Positions 27,672-37,276 of a stretch of DNA of 64,000 nt are shown here, piece by piece. Both the position numbers and the translations under genes were made by a program. The notes below the pieces were generated by a model. The model worked only from the letters and a program-made list of their open reading frames with translations, ran no database searches and was not told where the DNA came from. Source of the stretch: SAR86 cluster bacterium (lineage in GTDB: Bacteria > Pseudomonadota > Gammaproteobacteria > Magnimaribacterales > D2472); the NCBI GenBank assembly GCA_023703615.1, contig CP097971.1, positions 1,059,476 through 1,123,475 of the forward strand, written 5' to 3'. The number at the start of each line of letters is the position of its first letter. Position 1 is the first letter of the stretch.

Positions 27672-28301
27672 TTATAAAGTTGAAAAATTCCAGTCTCTTA
27701 CTATTTCTAAAACATCGTAATCATTAAGCATTGATCTTTCAAATGCTTCAAATGGCGATGCTTGGATAAGAATATTTAAAGCCATATTATCAATCTCTGT
27801 ATTTCCTGAAGAAATAAGTATTACTGAATCTATTAAATTGCCTTGAGAGTCAATTTTTGCAGCAATTTGAACCTTTTTATTTTCAAAATTTTTTCCCGAT
27901 AAAGAGATAACCTCATCTCCTATGCTTTCTATCTTTCTTTGCCATAAATTCAGATATACAGCTTCTGCATTATTTAAATTTGAGTTAGCTTGTAATCTTT
28001 TAATTTTATAAGACTGCGAGAAGCTATCTTTTTGTATTTTTTTTGAGGACAAATCATCGCCTATTGCTTTGGAGAAAGTTGAATTTGATTTTTTTGAATC
28101 TAAGCCAACTAAATCTTGTGATGAGTTTGCAAATTTAACATTTATTATGGGTGAATCTTTTAAAAAGGATATTTCATAAAAAGTTGTGAAAGTTATGCCA
28201 AAAACTAAAAAAACATGTATTACCAATGAGATAAAAAAAGATTTATTAAACGTAAGTGCTCTTTTGCTGGTAATTTGATCGTTTAGAATAATTGAACTCA
28301 T
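27672..28301 (-). CDS. TonB-family C-terminal-domain membrane protein (TonB3-like)
   Basis: Single N-terminal TM (FFISLVIHVFLVFGITF). C-terminal ~90 aa with YLNLWQRKIE...SQGNLIDSVILISSGNTEIDNMALNILIQASPFEAF resembles the TonB_C fold. Same position (gshB-tonB-like-ruvX) as in pseudomonads, from memory. No Pro-rich spacer. Confidence 0.4.
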   Translation of the reverse strand: MSSIILNDQITSKRALTFNKSFFISLVIHVFLVFGITFTTFYEISFLKDSPIINVKFANSSQDLVGLDSKKSNSTFSKAIGDDLSSKKIQKDSFSQSYKIKRLQANSNLNNAEAVYLNLWQRKIESIGDEVISLSGKNFENKKVQIAAKIDSQGNLIDSVILISSGNTEIDNMALNILIQASPFEAFERSMLNDYDVLEIVRDWNFSTL

Positions 28302-29224
28302 AGTTTTTCAAGATATTCTCGTATAGGATTTGAATTGCTCTCATCAAAAATTTCTCTAGCGCATGTTGGACTGGTAATATTTATTTCAGTTAATTTATCT
28401 CCAATCATATCAATTCCTGCAAAATTTATATTTTCTTTAATTAATATATCTCCAACCAGCTCTCCAACTTCTTTCTGCTTAGGAGTTAGGTCCACTGTTT
28501 GACCAAAGCCCCCCGCTGCAAGATTTCCTTTAAAACTATCGCCTTGAGGAATTCTTGCTAATGTTTTGTGAAAAGGTTTTCCATGAATTATTAGGATTCT
28601 ATAATCACCTTTGTATATGTCTTCTAAAAATTCCTGAGCAATAATTTTAGTCTTCTCATTTTGAGTTAAATTTTTAATAATTTGAATATTGTTCTCATTA
28701 GGAGTATCAATCTTATATATAGATTTACCTCCCATACCATCTAAAGGTTTTACAACAATACTTTGAAACCTTTCTTTGTATTTTAAAATCTTATCTAAGT
28801 TTGAAGTAATTAATGTCGAAGGTATAAATTCTTTAAAATATATTGCAAATACCTTTTCATTAAATTTTTTTATTGAGTCTGGATCATTAAAAATTTTTAC
28901 GCCATCTTTTTTAGCTAATCCTAATAAATGAAGAGCGTTAATATAATCTTGATCTACAGGAGGATCTTTTCGCATAAAAATATACTTAAAATCATTTAAA
29001 GAAAATGATTTCGATTCTTTTGTTTTTAATTCTGTCTTGTTTGCTGTCTTAATATTTAAAGCATCTGACCAAACTTTTTTGTTCTCTAAATATAAGTCTT
29101 TTAACTCGCATTGATAGACCTCAAAATTCATTGATAAAGCCTCTTCCATAATAAGCACAGAAGTATCCTTTTTTATGTTTAAAGTTTCTAAAGGGTCTGT
29201 AATTAGTATAATTTTATTGCTCAT
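28298..29224 (-). CDS. gshB: Glutathione synthetase (ATP-grasp)
   Basis: Colinear with GshB: NIKKDTS, FMRKDPP, KPLDGMGGKSIY, ARIPQGDSFKGNLAAGG, GIDMIGDKLTEINITSPTC. Confidence 0.88.
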   Translation of the reverse strand: MSNKIILITDPLETLNIKKDTSVLIMEEALSMNFEVYQCELKDLYLENKKVWSDALNIKTANKTELKTKESKSFSLNDFKYIFMRKDPPVDQDYINALHLLGLAKKDGVKIFNDPDSIKKFNEKVFAIYFKEFIPSTLITSNLDKILKYKERFQSIVVKPLDGMGGKSIYKIDTPNENNIQIIKNLTQNEKTKIIAQEFLEDIYKGDYRILIIHGKPFHKTLARIPQGDSFKGNLAAGGFGQTVDLTPKQKEVGELVGDILIKENINFAGIDMIGDKLTEINITSPTCAREIFDESNSNPIREYLEKL

Positions 29225-29226
29225 TG

Positions 29227-29961
29227 TTAAATTCTACCAAAATGATTCTGTATTAATGATGAAATTACTATTGGAGCAGTTTCTGCTCTAAGAATTGTAT
29301 TACCAATAAGTCTTGTTTCAATGTTTTGATTTTTTAGCAAACCTAACTCGTTTTGTGAAAAACCTGATTCAGGACCAGTTACAAAACATGCACTTTCTGT
29401 AAAGTCAATTTGTGAAAAAGATTGATCAGCATCTAAATCAAATGCATATATAAGACCATCATAAGTTTTTTTTAATTCTTGAATTGAATCTTCTAGGTTT
29501 TTATTAAAAGATAGATCTGGTAAAAAATTTATCCCACTTTGCTTACATGCACTAATTAAAACTTCTTTAGATTTTATAAAAATTTTTTCGTGATTTTTTC
29601 TAATCAAGCTTTGATCAAGATGATGTGGTTTGTAGATTAGAATTTTATCTAGCCCAAGCTCTGTAAGCTTTTGTAACATGAAGTAAAAATTTTCTTTTTT
29701 AATTAGAGGAACAATGGCACAAAGAACGTTTTTATTTTTCTTTTCTTCTTTGATTTGAGAATCAATTTTAATTTCAATTTTATTTTTAGAGATGGAGATT
29801 ATTTGAGATATTGCAGATCTGCCAAGGCCATTAAAAACTTCAATGTTATCTCCAACTTTTAGTCTAAGAACTTTTGAGGCATGAAGAGATTGGGATTGAT
29901 CTAAAAAATAATTATTAACGTCTGTTGATAAATCTTTACAATATATTCTATGAATTTTCAC
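29227..29961 (-). CDS. rsmE: 16S rRNA (uracil1498-N3)-methyltransferase
   Basis: MKIHRIY...HASKVLRLKVGD PUA-like N-terminus. C-terminal SPOUT knot (FVTGPESGFSQNE...LGNTILRAETA). Conserved rsmE-gshB order. Confidence 0.8.
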   Translation of the reverse strand: MKIHRIYCKDLSTDVNNYFLDQSQSLHASKVLRLKVGDNIEVFNGLGRSAISQIISISKNKIEIKIDSQIKEEKKNKNVLCAIVPLIKKENFYFMLQKLTELGLDKILIYKPHHLDQSLIRKNHEKIFIKSKEVLISACKQSGINFLPDLSFNKNLEDSIQELKKTYDGLIYAFDLDADQSFSQIDFTESACFVTGPESGFSQNELGLLKNQNIETRLIGNTILRAETAPIVISSLIQNHFGRI

Positions 29962-29991
29962 AATATCATTATAGCTATAGGTTCATTATAA

Positions 29992-30555
29992 ATGTCAGAG
30001 ATTAAATTAATTTTAATTAGGCATGGTGAAGCTGCATCAGCTTTTGGTGAATCCGAAGATCCGTCATTAAGTGCACTTGGAACTAAACAATCAAAAAAAC
30101 TAGTTAAAGATCTTAATATAGATGTTCTTAATAAATATAAATTTTTTTCTAGTCCTAAAGCTCGAGCCATACAGACTGCCAAACCGCTAGTTGATATATT
30201 AAAAAAGGATTTGATAGTAAAAAAGGAATTTTCAGAAATACCAGCACCAAAAATTGATAGTAAAGAAAAACAAAGGTGGCTTAAAAATATAATGTCATTA
30301 CCTATTGATAAGTTACCAAAAGACGTGAATTTATGGAGACAAAACTTATTGAAAGTAATGAGTAGCTTAGAGAAAAATACAATTGTGTTTACTCATTTTA
30401 TGGTAATTAACGCGTTAATAGGACATATAGAGAAAAATAAAACCCTTCTTTATTTTTATCCTGCAAATGCTTCTGTAACTACAGTGTTTTTAAAAAATGG
30501 TACTCCATCTAGTTATCAAGTTGGAGAAAATAAAAAAACTTTTATAAATTTGTAA
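29992..30555 (+). CDS. Histidine phosphatase (phosphoglycerate mutase-like) family protein
   Basis: LILIRHGEA catalytic RHG motif, SSPKARAIQTA, second His in VFTHFMVI. Confidence 0.7.
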   Translation: MSEIKLILIRHGEAASAFGESEDPSLSALGTKQSKKLVKDLNIDVLNKYKFFSSPKARAIQTAKPLVDILKKDLIVKKEFSEIPAPKIDSKEKQRWLKNIMSLPIDKLPKDVNLWRQNLLKVMSSLEKNTIVFTHFMVINALIGHIEKNKTLLYFYPANASVTTVFLKNGTPSSYQVGENKKTFINL

Positions 30556-30618
30556 AAAATTGTTGAGCAATTTTTAAACAACTGTAAACTGTAAGTCCTT
30601 TTAAATAAATCTGTAGTT

Positions 30619-30882
30619 TTGAAAAAAAAAGATTCATTCGATAGCTATTCTAAAAAACCATTAAAAGATGAGGTCAGAAAAGCTATGAAAAGATATTTTC
30701 TTCAATTAGATAAAAAAAATACTCCAATAGATGTATACGATTTAGTATTGAATGAAATAGAGCCTCCTTTATTAAATGCGGTAATGAAGTTTTCAAATAA
30801 CAATCAATCAAAAGCTTCGAGAATTCTTGGCATTAATAGAACTACATTAAGAACAAAACTAAAAAAATATAATTTGATGTAA
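30619..30882 (+). CDS. fis: DNA-binding protein Fis
   Basis: KPLKDEVRKAMKRYF...VYDLVLNEIEPPLLNAVM...NQSKASRILGINRTTLRTKLKKY is colinear with Fis. TTG start. fis-purH-purD order as in pseudomonads. Confidence 0.8.
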   Translation: MKKKDSFDSYSKKPLKDEVRKAMKRYFLQLDKKNTPIDVYDLVLNEIEPPLLNAVMKFSNNNQSKASRILGINRTTLRTKLKKYNLM

Positions 30883-32423
30883 TGAATTTAGTTTCTCCAA
30901 AAACTGCATTGATAAGTCTATCTGACAAATCAGAATTAAAAAAACTAATAAATTTTCTTGATACAAAGAATATAAAAATTCTCTCTACCGGCGGCACATA
31001 TAAAGCTATAAAGGAAATTACTTCAAATGTCATAGAAGTTTCAGAATTTACAGGATTTAAAGAAATGATGGAAGGTAGAGTAAAAACATTACACCCCAAA
31101 ATACACGCAGGGATTCTAGCAAGAAGAGATAAAGATTTAGAAGTACTTGCTAATGAAGGGTATGAGCCAATAGATCTTGTAATTGTAAATTTGTACCCTT
31201 TTAAGAATGTCATTGCAAAAGATTGCTCCTTCGAAGAAGCTATTGAAAATATTGATATTGGTGGACCAACTATGATTAGATCTGCGGCTAAAAATTTTAA
31301 AGATGTCGTTGTTGTTTCTGATCCAAAAGATTATGAAAATCTTATTAATGAATGGGAAGAAAAAGATGGAATCTCATACGATTACAGAAAATATCTATCT
31401 TTAAAAGTTTTTGAACTTATGGCTGACTATAACAAGTCTATCGCAGATTATTTAAATAAAGACTCTGATCTTGAAATACCCAATTATTCCTTTTCAAAAA
31501 AGACTAAATTAAGATATGGAGAAAATCCTCATCAAAAGGCTAGTCTCTTAACATTTGCGAATCTTAAAAACAAAAATATAGCTAATGCACACATTATTCA
31601 GGGCAAGGAGCTTTCTTATAATAATATTGTAGATGCTGATGCTGCATGGAGCTGCGTAAAAGAGTTTAAAAATGATGCATGTGTGATTGTTAAACATGCA
31701 AATCCGTGTGGTGTAGCTGAATCAAGTTCTGTACTTCAGGCATATGATTTAGCTTTCAGAACTGATCCAACCTCAGCTTTTGGAGGAATTATTGCATTTA
31801 ATAAAATGCTAGATGCAGAAACTGCAAAAGAAATAAATGATAGACAGTTTGTTGAGCTTGTTATTGCGCCCAAATTTGATGATGGAGCTATAAAAGAATT
31901 TAATAACAAGAAAAATGTGCGAGTTCTTGAAGTAGATCTAGAAAATGATGATCAATATCCAGAAGTAATTAAGAAAGTGTCAGGGGGAATTTTAATCCAG
32001 AGTGATGATTTGCATTCTATAAAAGAAAGTGAACTTAAATGTGTTACAAAAAGAAATCCAACAAGTTCAGAACTAGAAGATATGATATTTGCTTGGAAAG
32101 TAGCTAAATTTGTTAAAAGTAATGCGATTGTCTATGTCAAAGACAAACAAACTGTTGGTATAGGTGCTGGACAAATGAGTAGAGTAATTAGTGCCGAAAT
32201 TGCAAACATAAAAGCAAAAGAAGAAGGCTTAGAGGTAAAAAATGCTGCAATGGCATCTGATGCTTTCTTCCCATTTAGAGATGGTATTGATAAAGCAGCA
32301 TCAAGTGGAATAAGTGCAATCATTCAACCAGGTGGATCAATAAAAGATAATGAAGTCATCGCTGCTGCAGACGAAGCAAATATTGCCATGCTATATACTG
32401 GAGTGAGGCACTTCAGGCACTAA
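30882..32423 (+). CDS. purH: Bifunctional AICAR transformylase / IMP cyclohydrolase
   Basis: ALISLSDK, STGGT, GRVKTLHPKIHAGIL, NLYPF, IDIGGPTMIRSAAKN, KHANPCG, C-terminal IQPGGSIKD...TGVRHFRH. Confidence 0.97.
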   Translation: MNLVSPKTALISLSDKSELKKLINFLDTKNIKILSTGGTYKAIKEITSNVIEVSEFTGFKEMMEGRVKTLHPKIHAGILARRDKDLEVLANEGYEPIDLVIVNLYPFKNVIAKDCSFEEAIENIDIGGPTMIRSAAKNFKDVVVVSDPKDYENLINEWEEKDGISYDYRKYLSLKVFELMADYNKSIADYLNKDSDLEIPNYSFSKKTKLRYGENPHQKASLLTFANLKNKNIANAHIIQGKELSYNNIVDADAAWSCVKEFKNDACVIVKHANPCGVAESSSVLQAYDLAFRTDPTSAFGGIIAFNKMLDAETAKEINDRQFVELVIAPKFDDGAIKEFNNKKNVRVLEVDLENDDQYPEVIKKVSGGILIQSDDLHSIKESELKCVTKRNPTSSELEDMIFAWKVAKFVKSNAIVYVKDKQTVGIGAGQMSRVISAEIANIKAKEEGLEVKNAAMASDAFFPFRDGIDKAASSGISAIIQPGGSIKDNEVIAAADEANIAMLYTGVRHFRH

Positions 32424-33691
32424 TGAATATACTAATAATAGGATCTGGAGGCAGAGAGCACGCTCTTGCTTGGAAAGCTGCTCAAGATAATTTTGTTAGT
32501 ATTGTTTATGTCTGTCCAGGGAACGCTGGAACGGCTCTAGAAGAAAAAGTATCCAATATCAAAATAGACCATAATAATTTTGACGAAATAAAAAATTTTT
32601 GTGTAAATAATAATATAGAACTTGTAATCATTGGTCCTGAACAACCTTTAGTGAATGGTTTATCTGATTTTTTGCAAAAAGAAGGAATTAAAACTTTCGG
32701 GCCTTCTAAGATGGCAGCGCAATTAGAAGGATCTAAGACTTTTTCAAAGAACTTCTTTGTGAAATATGGAATACCGACAGCAGAATATAAATCCTTTACA
32801 GATTTCGATAATGCTCTATCTCATTTAAGCACAATAAGTTTTCCGACTGTCATAAAAGCAGATGGCTTAGCAGCAGGCAAGGGTGTAATAATTTGTAATA
32901 GCAAAGAAGATGCTGAAAATGCTTTAAATAATATTTTCAAAGATAGAACATTTGGAGATGCTGGTAATCGAGTAGTAATAGAAGAATTTCTTGAAGGGGA
33001 AGAAGCTTCTTTTATTGCAGTTGTCTCAAATGATGAAATGATCTCACTTGCCTCGAGCCAAGATCATAAAGCTATCGGAGATGGGGATATAGGATTAAAT
33101 ACTGGTGGAATGGGTGCTTATTCTCCTGCACCTATTATTGATAACGAAATGCATCAAAAAGTAATTGATCAAGTTATGAAGCCTACTATGGAGGGTTTAA
33201 TAAAAGAAGGCTCGGCCTATCTTGGATTTTTATATGCTGGCTTAATGATAAAAGATAATAATATTAAGGTTCTTGAATTTAATTGTCGATTTGGCGACCC
33301 AGAAACACAACCAATTTTATTTAGACTTAAATCTAGTCTTGTAAGTCTTTGCTTTGCTGCAATTGAGAATAAATTAGATGATTATGAAATAGAATGGGAT
33401 CAAAGACATTCATGTGGAGTTGTGATTGCATCACAAGGCTATCCTGAAGATTATGTTGCAAATAAGATAGTTGATATTGTTGAATCTCAAGATAAAGATA
33501 GTAAAATATTTCATGCTGGCACTGAACTAAAAGATAACAAAATTATTACATCAGGCGGAAGAGTGTTTTGTGCTACAGCACTTGGAAAAGATTTAAAAGA
33601 AGCTCAATCAAAAGCATATGAAACTGTTAAAAATATTTCATTTGATGGGGCTTATTATAGAAAAGACATAGGAAATAAAGGAATAAAATGA
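32423..33691 (+). CDS. purD: Phosphoribosylamine-glycine ligase
   Basis: MNILIIGSGGREHALAWK, VIKADGLAAGKGV, EEFLEGEEASF, DHKAIGDGDIGLNTGGMGAYSP, EFNCRFGDPETQ. Confidence 0.97.
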   Translation: MNILIIGSGGREHALAWKAAQDNFVSIVYVCPGNAGTALEEKVSNIKIDHNNFDEIKNFCVNNNIELVIIGPEQPLVNGLSDFLQKEGIKTFGPSKMAAQLEGSKTFSKNFFVKYGIPTAEYKSFTDFDNALSHLSTISFPTVIKADGLAAGKGVIICNSKEDAENALNNIFKDRTFGDAGNRVVIEEFLEGEEASFIAVVSNDEMISLASSQDHKAIGDGDIGLNTGGMGAYSPAPIIDNEMHQKVIDQVMKPTMEGLIKEGSAYLGFLYAGLMIKDNNIKVLEFNCRFGDPETQPILFRLKSSLVSLCFAAIENKLDDYEIEWDQRHSCGVVIASQGYPEDYVANKIVDIVESQDKDSKIFHAGTELKDNKIITSGGRVFCATALGKDLKEAQSKAYETVKNISFDGAYYRKDIGNKGIK

Positions 33692-34314
33692 GTTTTATAG
33701 ATAGTATTGTAAATGAGTGTGATATTGCTCTAAAAACCCTTTCAAATAAAAAAAATGGAACATCTAGAAAATATCCTTCAAAAAAAAAGACGAAAAATTT
33801 AACTAACGAAGAAAAAATCCTTTCTGCCAAATTAATGCGAATTAATTTAGCTGGAGAAGTTGCTGCGCAAGCTTTATACAGAGGTCAGGCATTGGTATGT
33901 AAAGATCCTGACATTAAAGAACATTTAATTAAAGCAGGCGAAGAAGAAACAGATCACCTAATATGGTGTAAAAAAAGACTGGATGATTTAGATGGTAGTC
34001 CATCATTATTTAATCCCATATGGTATGCAGGATCTTTTACGATTGGAGCTATTTTTGGAAGTATGGGAGAAAAAATTAGCTTAGGTTTTGTTGAAGAAAC
34101 AGAGAAACAAGTCGTAAAGCATTTAGAAAAACATCTAGATAGAATTTCAAAGAATGATAAAGAGACTATAGATGTTTTAAAAACTATGAGAAACGATGAA
34201 GACGAGCACGCAAAAGAAGCATCTGATGAAGGTGCAAAAGAGTTAAAACAGGCTACAAAGAAATTTATGGGGTTAACTGCAAAAATAATGACATCAACAA
34301 GCGAGTATATATGA
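33688..34314 (+). CDS. coq7: Demethoxyubiquinone hydroxylase Coq7 (di-iron)
   Basis: MRINLAGEVAAQALYRGQ, EEETDHL, VEETEKQVVKHL, DEDEHA. These are the Coq7 di-iron ligand pattern. ATGA overlap with purD. Confidence 0.85.
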   Translation: MSFIDSIVNECDIALKTLSNKKNGTSRKYPSKKKTKNLTNEEKILSAKLMRINLAGEVAAQALYRGQALVCKDPDIKEHLIKAGEEETDHLIWCKKRLDDLDGSPSLFNPIWYAGSFTIGAIFGSMGEKISLGFVEETEKQVVKHLEKHLDRISKNDKETIDVLKTMRNDEDEHAKEASDEGAKELKQATKKFMGLTAKIMTSTSEYI

Positions 34315-34793
34315 AAATACATATTTTTTTTCTGCTTTTAGTTGGACTAAATCTACAATCTGAGAATTCAATTTCTGCCTTAGAAGATACAATTGAAAAA
34401 TTTTGGGAAGCTAGAAATGATCAAGATTTTGAAAAGATATTTTTTTATGAAAGTAAAATTGGTGCTTTAACAGGTTCTTCAGCAGAAAATCATTTTTATG
34501 AAGATCCTCCGCCTGATCTTAAGTCAGTTATAGACTATTATTCAAAAGTTGAGTCAAATGTGAAGCCTTATAATATAACTATAAGAAAGTTATCAGACAA
34601 TGTTTATTTATCCTTGTATTACCTTGTTGGGAGCTACAAGTACTCTAGTGGAAAAATCAATAATGATTATAAAACTAGAGCCTCAAATATATGGTTATTC
34701 GAAGATGGTGGCTTTAAACTTTATTATAAAAATTTTACAAACTTAAAAAAAGAACTAGAGCCAACTAAAATTATTGCTTATCCAATGGATTGA
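34311..34793 (+). CDS. Exported hypothetical protein (possibly NTF2/DUF4440-like fold)
   Basis: Signal peptide MKIHIFFLLLVGLNLQS. LEDTIEKFWEARNDQDFEKI resembles the N-terminal helix of the SnoaL/DUF4440 fold. ATGA overlap with coq7. Confidence 0.35.
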   Translation: MKIHIFFLLLVGLNLQSENSISALEDTIEKFWEARNDQDFEKIFFYESKIGALTGSSAENHFYEDPPPDLKSVIDYYSKVESNVKPYNITIRKLSDNVYLSLYYLVGSYKYSSGKINNDYKTRASNIWLFEDGGFKLYYKNFTNLKKELEPTKIIAYPMD

Positions 34794-34804
34794 ATTCAAT
34801 AATC

Positions 34805-35353
34805 CTATTTCCATTTTATATTGCAACCCATTGAAGGAAATTGATTAGTAGAAATTTTTTGATTGTTCATCATGCAAGCTATAGCTTTCCTTAAGTCACT
34901 ACCATGAGGTGCTTGATTCGATCCTGGCGAGGTTTCATCAAATCTACCTCTATAAACTAATCTTTTTTGTTCATTAAACAAATAAAATTCAGGAGTACAT
35001 TCGGCCTTATATGCTTTTGCAATTTCTTGCGTCTCGTCATACAGATATGGGAATGAAAGTTTAAGCTTTTTCCACATTTCTTTCATTTCATTTGGACCAT
35101 CTTGTGGATAATTAATCGCATCATTTGAGCTTATGGCAATCATATTTATTTGATTTGAGTAATCATCATTAAGTTTTTTGATTTCGTCGTGATAATGAAT
35201 TACATAAGGACAATGATTGCATATAAACATTATCAAAATTGGCTTATTGTCTAAAGATACTGATTTAAAATTTTCATTATTTAAGGTATTTATTAGATCA
35301 AATTCAATAAAATTGGTATCTAAATCAAGCATGCTTGAATATGTTAATGACAT
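34805..35353 (-). CDS. Thioredoxin-fold (AhpC/TSA/redoxin-like) protein
   Basis: ILIMFICNHCPYV (CxxC-type CNHC), AISSND, CTPEFYLF, RLVYRGRFD. This is the pattern of the thioredoxin-family protein group. 7 nt after the helicase gene. Confidence 0.7.
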   Translation of the reverse strand: MSLTYSSMLDLDTNFIEFDLINTLNNENFKSVSLDNKPILIMFICNHCPYVIHYHDEIKKLNDDYSNQINMIAISSNDAINYPQDGPNEMKEMWKKLKLSFPYLYDETQEIAKAYKAECTPEFYLFNEQKRLVYRGRFDETSPGSNQAPHGSDLRKAIACMMNNQKISTNQFPSMGCNIKWK

Positions 35354-35360
35354 TTAAATA

Positions 35361-36530
35361 TTATAATCTCATTTGCTGCCACTTGACTGGCACGCCTTCA
35401 AGTTTATATCTATTAGATTCTTCTCTTAATTTTTCAAACTCTGTTTTTGATGAATATACGGTAACAATAAGAGCATTTTCTTTATTTGCAGTTATCCGTA
35501 ATACTCTTCCCATTCTTTGAATTCTCTGCCTTTTAGAAGAAGATGCACTCAAAATCATAGCTCCATCAGCTTCCGGCATATCAAAGCCTTCGTCTAAAGC
35601 GGTGCAACTTACCAAGACATTTAGATTTCCACTCTTGAAATTATTAAGGTTTTCTTCTCTTTCAGCATTATCTAAATCAGTATTATAAATAGCTGATTTA
35701 TAACCTTTCTTATTTATAATTTTGTTGAATTCTTTGGCTTGTTTTTTATTTTCTGTAAAAACTATCCAACTATCTCTTTTATACTTTTGCAAAAGCTTTA
35801 CCCCAGATGGAATTCTATTCTTAGAATTTTTAACCATTCTTGCTCTATTAAAAATTAGCATCTTAAGTGGATAATCATTCATATTGTTTCCACCAATTGT
35901 TGCTGCTCTTCTTTGTATTTTTTTTGTGAAGTCTTTGTATTTATCGTTCTCGGCTTCTGTCATTTCTGCATAAGCGTAAAGAAGTTTAAAATTAACAATT
36001 ACTTCATCTTCTCTTGCATCTATATAATCATAATCAAAAATTATATCGCCTAAAATCTTTTTAATAATGATATAAAAGTTATCGTCGTAGTCTCTTTCTG
36101 GAGTTGCAGAAAGGCCAAGAGTTGCATGCCAATTACCTGCTAACATCTCACCTCTTTTTTCAGTGCCAATCTTGTGACATTCGTCCACAATTAATAAAGT
36201 ACTTTGTTGCTCAACCTTGCTAATTATGTTTTTAAGAGAGTCAATTGTTGTTATACAAACTTTAGATAAGTCAGTAATCTGCTCACCGCCTCCATTTAAA
36301 GCTATATCTTTGTTTTTAAAATTTAACGATATTCCTTCATACCATTGGTCTAGCAAAGCTATTGATGGAACAACAATTAAAATTGATTTGTTGGGTTCTT
36401 CTTCTAAATATTTTTTAAGACAATGAATAGCAAAAACCGTTTTACCACCGCCTGTTACAACCTTTATGATGCCTCTTTTTTTTGCCCACCATAAGGGAAA
36501 GGCATTTTCTTGCCACTCCCTTAATTTCAA
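35361..36530 (-). CDS. Minimal superfamily-2 helicase core (COG1061/SSL2-XPB-like, type III restriction res-subunit-like)
   Basis: LREWQ (Q-like), motif I TGGGKT, Ia VVPSIAL, II DECH, III SAT, VI QRMGRVLR. No accessory domains. TTG start shares TTGA with the trpC stop and has AAAGGAG 7 nt upstream. Confidence 0.8.
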   Translation of the reverse strand: MKLREWQENAFPLWWAKKRGIIKVVTGGGKTVFAIHCLKKYLEEEPNKSILIVVPSIALLDQWYEGISLNFKNKDIALNGGGEQITDLSKVCITTIDSLKNIISKVEQQSTLLIVDECHKIGTEKRGEMLAGNWHATLGLSATPERDYDDNFYIIIKKILGDIIFDYDYIDAREDEVIVNFKLLYAYAEMTEAENDKYKDFTKKIQRRAATIGGNNMNDYPLKMLIFNRARMVKNSKNRIPSGVKLLQKYKRDSWIVFTENKKQAKEFNKIINKKGYKSAIYNTDLDNAEREENLNNFKSGNLNVLVSCTALDEGFDMPEADGAMILSASSSKRQRIQRMGRVLRITANKENALIVTVYSSKTEFEKLREESNRYKLEGVPVKWQQMRL

Positions 36531-37276
36531 ACAAAATCTCCTTTCATGAGGCTCTCACCAATTAAGAAGACATTTATGTCATGCTCTTTTAGTGAATCAA
36601 TATCACTTTGATTTTTAATGCCCGATTCTGCAACAAAAAGATTTTTTCCAGAAAATGAGCTCTTTAGATTAACTGAGTTATTGAGATCAACCTCAAAAGT
36701 TTTTAGATCTCTGTTGTTGACTCCAATAATTGCGTTTTCAAAATGCTCTACCCTTTTTAGCTCGTCTTCATCGTGAACTTCTATTAAATAATCAAGCTCG
36801 AGACTTTCAGCAACCTCAACAAATTGAGTAATTTCGTCATCTGATAAAACGCTCACAATAAGTAAAATACAATCAGCACCCATTAGCTTTGCTTCGAATA
36901 TCTGATACTCATCAATCATGAAATCTTTTCTAATAATCGGGAGTTTAGAGACTGCCTTAACATCTATTAAAAATTGAGAACTCCCTTGGAAGAAATCTTC
37001 TTCGGTAAGAATAGATAAAGCCGATGCTCCAAAAGCTTCGTATTCTTTTGCTTTTTCAACTGGATTAAAATTTTCTGAAATAATTCCAGCGCTAGGTGAT
37101 GCTTTTTTTATCTCAGCAATAATTGCCTGATCTTTATTGATAAGATTTTCTTTGAAGGCTCCCTTTGGAAGTTTAAGACTATCAAGCTGTAACTTTATTT
37201 TTTCTAAAGGAACTTCAATCTTCTTATGAACAAGCTTTTCTCGGGTATTTTGAACTATGTCATTAAGAATAGTCAT
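36527..37276 (-). CDS. trpC: Indole-3-glycerol phosphate synthase
   Basis: IIAEIKKASPSAG, ASALSILTEEDFFQGS, PIIRKDFMIDEYQI, GADCILLI, LIEVHDEDEL, IGVNNRDL. Confidence 0.92.
   Translation of the reverse strand: MTILNDIVQNTREKLVHKKIEVPLEKIKLQLDSLKLPKGAFKENLINKDQAIIAEIKKASPSAGIISENFNPVEKAKEYEAFGASALSILTEEDFFQGSSQFLIDVKAVSKLPIIRKDFMIDEYQIFEAKLMGADCILLIVSVLSDDEITQFVEVAESLELDYLIEVHDEDELKRVEHFENAIIGVNNRDLKTFEVDLNNSVNLKSSFSGKNLFVAESGIKNQSDIDSLKEHDINVFLIGESLMKGDFV

Noticed and set aside
30555-30575. AT-rich hairpin (aaaaattg-ttgag-caattttt) after the histidine phosphatase gene as an intrinsic terminator
   Set aside because: The stem is almost entirely A:T, with one G:C per arm. No separate U-tract follows it. 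It is too weak to call.
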